64,000 nt of DNA, taken from assembly GCF_963921235.1 (NCBI RefSeq), contig NC_086097.1:243538001-243602000 (forward strand). The letters run 5' to 3'. The DNA is from Mobula hypostoma. Its lineage: Eukaryota. Below are positions 38,409 to 48,279 of this stretch, in pieces (position 1 is the first letter of the stretch; the number at the start of each line of letters is the position of its first letter). The notes under the pieces were generated by a model. It had not been told where the DNA came from, searched no databases, and worked only from the letters and a program-made list of their open reading frames with translations. The position numbers and the translations under genes are program-made.

Positions 38409-41400
38409 CATCATCACCAAGTACCATGCCCAGTTTGAGCTTTGACTGCCATGGCCCACACACTCCTGTTTTGAGTCAAATGGATCAATTCATCGATATT
38501 CATTTCCAGTTATCTGGCTGCAGTCTCCATCATCATTTGTCTTTGCCTTCCTCTTGCTTTCTTCCCTTCAATCTTTCCCATAATTACCATGCATTCTAAC
38601 TCCTCTTTCCTAATCACATGTCCAACGAAGTTACGTTGCCTTTTCATGATCTCATACATTATTTCTCTTTTTGTGCTTGCTCTGTTCCTGATATCCTCAT
38701 TAGATATTCATTTCGTCCATGATATTCTTTGCATCCTCCTCAAAATCCACGTCTCTGCTGCTTTAATTCATTTCCTCATGTTACTAGATATTGTCCAACA
38801 TTCTGATCCTTATAACATAGAAACCATAGAAAAACTACAGCACAGAAACAGGCCCTTTGGCCCTTCTTGGCTGTGCTGAACCATTTTCTGCCTAGTCCCA
38901 CTGACCTGCACACGGACCATATCCCTCCATACACCTCCCATCCATGTATCCGTCCAATTTATTCTTAAATGTTAAAAAAGAACCCGCATTTACCACCTCG
39001 TCTGGCAGCTCATTCCATATTCCCACCACTGTCTGTGTGAAGAAACCCCCACTAATGTTCCCTTTAAACTTTACCCCCCTCACCCTTAACCCATGTCCTC
39101 TGGTTTTTTTTCTTCCCTTAACTCAGCAGAAAAAGCCTGCTTGCATTCACTCTATCTATACCCATCATAATTTTATATACCTCTATCAAATCTCCCCTCA
39201 TTCTTCTACGCTCCAGGGAATAAAGTCCTAACCTATTCAACCTTTCTCTGTAACTGAGTTTCTCAAGTCCCGGCAACATCTTTGTAAACCTTCTCTGCAC
39301 TCTTTCAACCTTATTTATATCCTTCCTGTAATTTGGTGACCAAAACTGAACACAATACTCCAGATTTGGCCTCACCAATGCCTTATACAACCTCATCATA
39401 ACATTCCAGCTCTTATACTCAACACTTCGATTAATAAAGGCCAATGTACCAAAAGCTCTCTTTATGACCCTATCTACCTGTGACGCCACTTTTAGGGAAT
39501 TTTGTATCTGTATTCCCAGATCCCTCTGTTCCACTGCACTCCTCAGTGCCTTACCATTAACCCTATATGTTCTACCTTGGTTTGTCCTTCCAACGTGCAA
39601 TACCTCACACTTGTCAGTATTAAACTCCATCTGCCATTTTTCAGCCCATTTTTCCAGCTGGTCCCAGTCCCTCTGCAGGTTCTGAAAACCTTCCTCACTG
39701 TCTAGTACACCTCCAATCTTTGTATCATCAGCAAATTTGCTGATCAAACTTACCACATTATCATCCAGATCATTGATATAGATGACAAATAACAATGGAC
39801 CCAGCACTGATCCCTGTGGCACACCACTAGTCACAGGCCTCCACTCAGAGAAGCAATTCTCTACTACCACTCTTTGGCTTCTTCCATTGAGCCAATGTCT
39901 AATCCAATTTACCACCTCTCCATGTATACATAGCGACTGAATTTTCCTAACTAACCTCCCATGTGGGACCTTGTCAAAGGCCTTACTGAAGTCCATGTAG
40001 ACAATATCCACTGCCTTCCCTTCATCCACTTTCCTGGTAACCTCCTCGAAAAACTCCAATAGATTGGTCAAACATGACCTACCACACACAAAGCCATGTT
40101 GACTCTCCCTAATAAGTCCCTGTCTATCCAAATGCTTGTAGATTCTGTCTCTTAATACTCCCTCCAATAACTTACCTACTACTGACGTTAAACTTACCGG
40201 CCTATCATTTCCTGGATTACTTTTCGATCCTTTTTTAAACAACAGAACAACATGAGCCACTCTCCAATCCTCCGGCACCTCACCTGTAGACAGCGACATT
40301 TCAAATATCTCTGCCAGGGCCCCTGCAATTTCAACACTAGTCTCCTTCAAGGTCCGAGGGAACACCCTGTCAGGTCCCGGGGATTTATCCACTTTAATTT
40401 TAAAATAACTGGATAAACGTAACATTTTCAGTACTCTGAGGCGGGTTGTCATGCCTAGTTTAGTGTTGGTCAGTATACTCTTCATTCTTGTAAAGGTGTC
40501 TTTTCCCATCCCTATTCTTCTTTTGAAGTCCATGTCGCACCTGCCATCTGATGTTACCCAGCTTCCTAAGTAGCAAAAGTTCTGTACTTGTTTTATGTCT
40601 TCCCCATTTATTCTCAGCCTGCAGATAGGATTCTCCTTCTTTTTGGATATCACCATACATTCTGTCTTTTTGCAATTGATAGATAGACCCATTTTTGCAC
40701 TTTCTTCAACAACTATATCAATTAAGTTTTGTAGTTCTTCCTCCGAACTTGCAACTAACACAGTGTCATCTGCATATCTGAAATTATTGATGTTTTCACC
40801 ACCAACTTTGATTCCCAAGATGTCTCTTATTTTTTGTAATATTGTTTCACTGGACACATTAAATAAATCAGGGGAGAAAACATCACTCTTGTCTAACGCC
40901 TCTCTTGATTTTTGTAAACTGACTCACTTCTCCATCTATTCTTACAGCGGCAATTTGTTCCCAGTACAGATTTCTGGTTAGGCGGAGGTCTTTCGAATCT
41001 AGATCTAGAGTTTCCTGTAATATTTCAAATAAATTATTGTGCTACACTTTATCAAATGTTTTTGTGTAGTTGATAAAACAAACAAATCTTTTTGCACTTG
41101 AATAGCTCATTCTGAAAGTATCCTTAACATCAATATCGCCTTTCTTGTACCTTTGTCTTTCACAAAACCACATTGTTCTTTGCCTATTTCAGCTTGTATC
41201 TTACTTTTAGCTCTTGTCATTAAAATTCTTAGAAGTATCTTAGTGATATGACTCACTAAACTTATGGTCCTATGTAATTCACATTCTATTGCTCCAGATT
41301 ACTAAAGAGTGATAAATACTGGTGTTTTCATCTCTTCTGGTATTATTCCAGTCTCATAAGTGGAATTGATTAAATCAGTAAGTTTTTTTTTCAATTCTAT

Positions 41401-41548
41401 AATCTTCAAGGGCGATAATTTGTTCTATTACTAATTCATCAGGACCTGCTGCCTTTTTTTCTTCATCTTATTTATTGCATTACAAGCTTCAGATTTTAAA
41501 ATATTTAGACATTCAATGTTCTTCTTAATTTCTGGTTTTTCGCCATGG
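38409..41548 (-). mobile_element. RTE-clade LINE, 3' sense segment (RT and 3' end), interrupted by CR1
   Basis: GIKVGGENINNFRYADDTVLVA, FCYLGS, RRIGMGK, and GKIEGKKARGRQR-type C-terminus; (TGA)n tail. Confidence 0.85.
38816..40402 (-). mobile_element. Nested CR1, same subfamily as 8001-9762
   Basis: The CR1 part of ORF 39118..40857 is nearly identical to 8552..9646 plus 8072..8545. Confidence 0.93.
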
Positions 41549-43388
41549 TCAAACTCACAAAATGTATTGCACAACAACAGTGTCAAGAGGATCTTCAGGA
41601 CAATTCTGAAGATGCTTTGCTCGGAAGGGTTGATTCTGGGCAGCAGGGGATCCCCGCCTGTCATTAAGCTACTGATCATAAAATTCAAGTAACACAAAAG
41701 AAAATTATCGCCACTTGGCATGTATATCAAGCAGGAAGATTGGACAATGTGATAAATGAAATGGAAAGACTAAAAATTAACATCATGGGAATTAGCGAAG
41801 TTTGTTGGACAGCTGCTGGAACATGTCAGAACAGAAATAAAACATTAATTTATTCTTGTGGAATATCCCATACTAATGGAGTAGGAATTGTTATGGATGA
41901 AAACATGGCAAAAAGTGTTTTAGGACATTGGGCAATATCAGAAAGAGTGCTCCTTGTTAGATTCAGAGGACAACCATTTGATTTAGCAATTATACAGGTA
42001 TATGCACCAACAACAGATGGAATAGATAAGGATATAGATAAATTCTATGAAGAGCTTGAACAAGCAAAGAATGGATGCAAATCTCAAGATACTGTTATTG
42101 TTATGGGAGATCTAAATGCTAAAGTAGGACAAGGTGCTGATGGAAATACCATAGGAAAATTTGGACTAGGGGAAAGAAATGAAAGAGGCGAGAAATGGGT
42201 AGAATGGTGCAAGATGAATAATCAGGTAATTATGAAAACCCACTTTAAAAACCATCCAAGATGCTTGTGGACCTGGAAAAGTCCAGGTGATAACACTAGA
42301 AATCAAATTGACTTTATTACTATAAACCAAAGATTTAGAAACTCACTGTTACATGGTTAGCAACAATGAATATAAAATTGAGTCAGGTTTTATAAACAAA
42401 CATATACATTTATTAAACTCTGTTCAACAATAGTGAAAAGTAAACAAACGACTAACTTAACCGGAAGCTAACTGTTATACGGCAATTTAACATACAGTCA
42501 AACTCTGGAATAGTTCTCAAAGTGGTAAATTCGAACACAGTCTTAAAGTGATTTATACAGTCAGTAAGGAGAGACTTCCCTGAAAACTGATTTCTTCGAA
42601 GATGTGAAGTTACTGCTGATCCCAGCTGAGTGATGCCTTGTCCAAAGAATTCACGATGAAGGAAATAAAATGGCTTAAAGGAACTGACCATTTTGCTGGA
42701 GGGTGAACACTGCACAAACCTTCCTGATCTTGCAGGGATTATCTCAGATGCAGGCTACTATTCCTGAATGAAGATTCAATAAGGTCGATCCTTTATAAAA
42801 TTGCCGAATGACACCAATCCTTCAGGTTCCTGTACTTTGGTAAGGTCTTTACTCTTCAATACTAGATTCTAAAGGTAAAACAAATGTGCAACAAACAAGA
42901 ACTGGCAGCGATTGGCGAAACTGCTGGCACAACATTTTTGTACCTTACACTAGAAAGTAAAAACTCCACTTTAAAATGAAACTGCGTCATGAGACGAATA
43001 TGCAGCAAAACTAACTGATGAACTAACTAATGAATTAACTGCATGACAACAGGGGTGTCCCCTTATATACCTGTTGGAACATGCCATTACGTGACCTCAC
43101 ACCGGCGGGAAAATTACATCATGTGACTTCAGTCTGGCGGGAAAATTACATCACCCCCCCTCCATCACAAGACAATTACATCATGCTCACAAAATCACAA
43201 GATACCCGCGAGGTATGTAACATCAGTGACTCAATGCAAATCATATCCACGTGCAGACTGTAATAGTGACCATAACCCAGTAATATGTCATGTAAAAGTA
43301 AAACTTAAAAAAAAAACTAAAGAAGCAAAAACCTGAACAATCCCTTGACTACTCGCAATTAATTAAAGAAGAAAACTCAAGACAAAAA
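41549..43388 (+). mobile_element. RTE 5' segment (APE endonuclease) in inverted orientation, interrupted by a solo LTR
   Basis: 41740..42360 has IMGISEV, IIQVYAPT, VMGDLNAKVG, TWKSPG..RNQIDFI; resumes at 43223 with DCNSDHNPV. Confidence 0.85.
42347..43222 (-). mobile_element. Solo LTR
   Basis: Perfect 8-bp terminal inverted repeat TGTTACAT...ATGTAACA. Flanks TCAC/TCAG (4-bp TSD, one mismatch). Host frame rejoins as RFRNSVTQCKSYP. Confidence 0.85.
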
Positions 43389-44004
43389 TGTACCCTCTGT
43401 GGGCAAGCCAATTTTGGATCCACAAAGCAAGTTCCCCTTGTATCCCATGCCTCCTTACTTTCTATATAAGCCTGGTATGGAGTACCTTATCAAATGCCTT
43501 GCTGAAATCCATATACACTACATCTACTACTCTACTTTCATCAATATGTTTAGTCACATCCTCAAAGAATTCAATCAGGCTCATAAGGCATGACCTGCCT
43601 TTGACAAAGCCATGCTGACTATTCCTAACTATATTATGCCTCCCCAAGTGTTCATAAATCCTGCATCTCAGGATCTTCTCCATCAACTTACCAACCACTG
43701 AAGTAAGACTCACTGGTCTATAATTTCCTGGGCTATCTCTACTCCCTTTCTTGAATAAGAGAACAACATCTGCAACCCTCCAAACCTCCGGAACCTCTCC
43801 CATCCCCATTGATGATGCAAAGATCATTGCCAGAGGATCCGCAATCTCCTCCTTTGCCTCCCACAGTAGCCTGGGGTACATCTTGTCCGGGCCCGGTGAC
43901 TTATCCAACTTGATGGTTTCCAAAAGTTCCAGCACATCCTCTTTCTTAATTTCTATATGCTCAAGCTTTTCAGTCCACTGTAAGTTATCCCTACAAGAGC
44001 CAAG

Positions 44005-44096
44005 CAACATACATCAAAGTTGCTGGTGAACGCAGGAGGCCAAGCAGCATCTATAGGAAGAGGCGCAGTCGACGTTTCAGGCCGAGACCCTTCGTC
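44005..44096 (-). mobile_element. 92-bp Penelope 3'-end micro-insertion with most of a hammerhead
   Basis: Near-identical to 15163-15256. Flanked by AGAGCCAAG at 43996-44004 and 44097-44105. Confidence 0.88.
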
Positions 44097-44619
44097 AGAG
44101 CCAAGTTCCTTTTCCATAGTGAATACTGAAGCAAGGTACTCATTAAGTATCTCTGCTATCTCCTCCAGTTCCATACACACTTTTCCACTGTCACACCCGA
44201 TTGGTCCTATTCTCTCAAATCCTCTTGCTCTTCACATACTTGTATACCTTCTGCCAATTATCTTAAAATAATGTCCTCTTGTATTAGCCATTTCTGCCTT
44301 GTGGAAAAGGCATTCACTGTCCACTTTGTTTATGCCTCATGTTGTCATATACTCTTCTGTCAATTCACTTCTCATCCTCTTTCACTCTACAAAGAAAAGC
44401 CCTAGCTCGCTCAACCTATCTTCATAAGACATGCTCTCTTGTCCAGGCAGCATCCTGATAAAATTCCTCTGCACCCTCTCCACATCCTTCCTATAATGAG
44501 GTGACCAGAACCAACACAATATTCTGAGTGTGGCCTAACTGGTGTTTTATAGCAATGCCTGCATTAGTCAGAGTTGACCATGGGTGTTGAGCTTAAGAAA
44601 TGCTGCTCAATAAAATGGT

Positions 44620-45580
44620 ACTGGGTGTCCAAGAGACTCCAGACTCCCAGAAGGGCACATCTGCACCAGGTGTGTCAAGCTGCAGATCCTTAGGGAACCG
44701 GAGATGCAGCTCAATGACCTTCGCCTGGCTGTGGAAAGTGAGGAGGTGATAGAGAGGAGCTATAGGCAAGTAGTCACACAGGAGTCTCGGGAGACAGAAA
44801 AGTGGGTAACAGTCAGGAGAGGGAAGGGCAGGAGTCAGACGCTAGAGAGTACCCCTGTGGCTGTCCCCCTTAACAATAAGTACTCCTATTTGAGTAATGT
44901 TGGGGCGACGGCCTATTTGGGGGAAGCAACAATAGCCGTGCCTCCGGCACAGAGTCTGGCCCGATGGCTCAGAAGGGTAGGGAAAGGGAGAGGATGGCAG
45001 CAGTGATAGGGGACTCTATAGTTAGGGGGTCAGACAGGCGATTCTGTGGACGCTGGAAAGAAACAAACACCGATGGTAGTTTGCCTCCCAGGTGCCAGGG
45101 TCCGGGATGTTTCTGATGGCGCCTGCAATATCCTGAAGTGGGGAGATGAACAGCCAGAGGTCGTGGTACATATTGGCACCAAAGATATAGGTAGGAGAAA
45201 GGAGAAGGTCCTGAAAACAGACTATAGGCAGTTAGGAAAGAGTCTGAGAAGCAGGACCGCAAAGGTAGTAATCTTGGGATTACTGCCTGTGCCACGCGAC
45301 AGTGAATATAGGAATGGAGTGAGGTGGAGGATAAATGTGTGGCTAGGGATTGGAGTAGGGGGCAGGGATTCAGATTTCTGGATAATTGGGATCTCTTTTG
45401 GGGCAGGTGTGACCTGTACAAAAAGGACAGGTTGTACTTGAATCCCGGGGGCCTGAGTTTAAACGAGAATTACTGGGGAGTGGGAAATGAACTGAAGAGA
45501 CGGAGGAAGGAGCACTTGGTTCACAGAGAAAACTAGTAGGCAGTGTGAGAGGGAGGACAGGTAGGTGATAGAGAAGGGTA
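44620..45580 (+). mobile_element. Decayed CR1 ORF1 and ORF1/ORF2 junction
   Basis: 44704..45006 and 45046..45441 match ORF1 47315..48274 (KWVTVRRGKG, VPLNNKYS, CLPGARVRDV). Confidence 0.85.
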
Positions 45581-46761
45581 TGACAGTGGAAAAGTATGCA
45601 TGGAACTAGAGGAGATAGCAGAGGTACTCAAATATGATGGCTGAATATAGTATTAATGGAAAGACTCTTGGCAGTGTGGAGGATCAGAGGGATCTTGGGG
45701 TCTGAGTCCATAGGACACTCAAAGCTGCTGCGCAGGTTGACTCTGTGGTTAAGAAGGCATACCTTCATCAACCATGGGATTGAGTTTAAAAGCCGAGAGG
45801 TAATGTTACAGCTATATAGGATCCTGGTCAGACCCCACTTGTATTACTGTGCTCAGTTCCGGTCACCTCACTACAGGAAGGATGTAGAAACTATAAAAAG
45901 GGTGCAGAGGAGATTTACAAGGATAGATTAGATTATTAGATTATGAGGACATGCAGTCCTCTTTTATTGTCATTTAGTAATGCATGCATTAAGAAATGAT
46001 ACAATATTCCTCCGGTGTGACATCACAGAAACACAGGACAGACCAAGACTGAAAAACTAACAGAACCACATAACTATAACATATAGTTACAACAGTGTAA
46101 ACAATACCATAACTTGATGAAGAACAGGACATGGGCACAGTAAAAAAGTTCAAAGTCTCTCGAAGGTCCCACATCTCACGCAGACGGGAGAAGGAAGAAA
46201 ACTGCATTGGTGATAATTTTTCAAAACTCGTTAGATTCTGGACTAGTTCCTGAGGATTGGAGGGTGGCTAATGTAACCCCACTTTTTAAAAAAGGAGGGA
46301 GAGAGAAACCGGGGAATTATAGACCGGTTAGCCTAACGTCGGTGGTGGGGAAACTGCTGGAGTCAGTTATCAAGGCTGTGATAACAGCACATTTGGAAAG
46401 CGGTGAAATGATCGGACAAAGTCAGCATGGATTTGTGAAAGGAAAATCATGTCTGACGAATCTCATAGAATTTTTTGAGGATGTAACTAGTAGAGTGGAT
46501 AGGGGAGAACCAGTGGATGTGGTATATTTGGATTTTCAAAAGGCTTTTGACAAGGTCCCACACAGGAGATTAGTGTGCAAACTTAAGGCACACGGTATTG
46601 GGGGTAAGGTATTGGTGTGGGTGGAGAATTGGTTACCAGACAGGAAGCAAAGAGTGGGAATAAACGGGACCTTTTCAGAATGGCAGGCGGTGACTAGTGG
46701 GGTACCGCATGGCTCAGTTGTTTACAATATATATTAATGACTTGGATGAGGGAATTAAATG

Positions 46762-47176
46762 CGGCTTTCTGAGAGGCGGGACTGCGCAGGCGTGTGACGT
46801 CGGGCAGTGCAGCGCGGCAGATTTAAAAGGGCAGACATCCTGCTTCGGATTTGATTCGAAGAAGGAGTCTGAGAGTCTGAGTGGGAGTGCCGAGAAAGAG
46901 ATTTTTGAAATTTTCGTTATTTTTTTTTCTCCAACGGCTTTCTGAGAGGCGGGACTGCGCAGGCGTGTGACGTCGGGCAGTGCAGCGCGGCAGATTTAAA
47001 AGGGCAGACATCCTGCTTCGGATTTGATTCGAAGAAGGAGTCTGAGAGTCTGAGTGGGAGTGCCGAGAAAGAGATTTTTGAAATTTTCGTTATTTTTTTT
47101 TCTCCAACGGCTTTCTGAGAGGCGGGACTGCGCAGGCGTGTGACGTCGGGCAGTGCAGCGCGGAAGATTTAAAAGG
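46762..47176 (+). repeat. 173-bp tandem monomers (2 full and 1 partial) in the CR1 5' UTR
   Basis: Unit beginning CGGCTTTCTGAGAGGCGGGACTGCGCAGGCG at 46762, 46935 and 47108. Confidence 0.95.
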
Positions 47177-47338
47177 AACAAAGCCTCATAGAGCGGGCAG
47201 CGTAGTTTGCGGGCGGCGGAGTGAGCCGGGAGCAGAGTGAAGACTTAAGGGCTTCGGCTCAACGGGCTTAGGCGGAAGCGGGCGAGGCGAGGAAGGTTTG
47301 ACATTCATTTTCTGTTGCTATTTGAGGAGAGGGGCATT

Positions 47339-48274
47339 ATGACTGTGAGGGCAGTTTGCTGTTCTCGGTGTCGGATGTGGGAGGCCCTGGAGTCTCCAAG
47401 CCTCCCGGACGTCTACATCTGCGCCAAGTGCATCGAGATGCAGCTCCTAAGGGACCGCGTTACGGAACTGGAGCTGCAGCTCGATGACCTTCGTCTGGTC
47501 AGGGAGAGCGAGGAGGTGATAGAGAGGAGTGGAAGGCAGGTGGTCACGCCGGGGCCACGGGAGGCAGACAAGTGGGTCACGGTTAGGAGAGGGAAGGGGA
47601 AAAGGCAGGTGATGAGGAGTACCCCGGCGGCTGTGCCCCTTAACAACAGGTACTCCTGTTTGAGTACTGTTGGGGGGGACAGCTTACCCGGGGGAAGCGA
47701 CAGTGGCCCTGCCTCCGGCACAGAGTCTGGCCCTGTAGCTCAGAAGGGTAGGGCAAGGAAGAGGAGGGCAGTTGTGATAGGGGACTCGATAGTAAGGGGG
47801 TCAGATAGGCGATTCTGTGGACGCAGTCCAGAGACTCGGATGGTAGTTTGCCTCCCTGGTGCCAGGGTCCGGGATATTTCTGATCGTGTCCAAGATATCC
47901 TGAAGTGGGAGGGTGAAGAGCCAGAGGTCCTGGTACATATAGGTACCAATGACATAGGTAGGAAAAGGGATGAGGTCCTGAAAGAAGAATATAGGGAGCT
48001 AGGAAGGGAGTTGAGAAAAAGGACCGCAAAGGTAGTAATCTCGGGATTACTGCCTGTGCCACGCGACAGTGAGAGTAGGAATGCGATGAGGTGGAGGATA
48101 AATGCGTGGCTGAGGGATTGGAGCAGGGGGCAGAGATTCAAGTTTTTGGATCATTGGGACCTCTTTTGGCGTAGGTGTGACCTGTACAAAAAGGACGGGT
48201 TACACTTAAATCCTAGGGGGACCAATATCCTGGCAGGGAGATTAGCGGGGGCTACTGAGGTGACTTTAAACTAG
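47339..48274 (+). CDS. CR1 ORF1p: N-terminal CxxC..CxxC zinc finger, coiled coil, SGNH esterase
   Basis: ATG at 47339; CSRC..CAKC, LRDRVTELELQLDDL, VVIGDSIVRG, VHIGTND, DGLHLN. Confidence 0.92.
   Translation: MTVRAVCCSRCRMWEALESPSLPDVYICAKCIEMQLLRDRVTELELQLDDLRLVRESEEVIERSGRQVVTPGPREADKWVTVRRGKGKRQVMRSTPAAVPLNNRYSCLSTVGGDSLPGGSDSGPASGTESGPVAQKGRARKRRAVVIGDSIVRGSDRRFCGRSPETRMVVCLPGARVRDISDRVQDILKWEGEEPEVLVHIGTNDIGRKRDEVLKEEYRELGRELRKRTAKVVISGLLPVPRDSESRNAMRWRINAWLRDWSRGQRFKFLDHWDLFWRRCDLYKKDGLHLNPRGTNILAGRLAGATEVTLN
48265..48271 (+). promoter_or_regulatory. Candidate -1 ribosomal frameshift heptamer U_UUA_AAC
   Basis: ORF1 ends ACT TTA AAC TAG. ORF2 is in the -1 frame and open across the site. 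Confidence 0.65.
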
Positions 48275-48279
48275 AATGG

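Larger units (their letters stand above)
37375..44245 (-). mobile_element. CR1 split into 37375-38408 and 43389-44245 by the RTE insertion
   Basis: RT pieces 37564..38400 continue colinearly in 43462..44010 (DFSKAFDKV, QHGF, YRPVSLTS). Confidence 0.85.
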
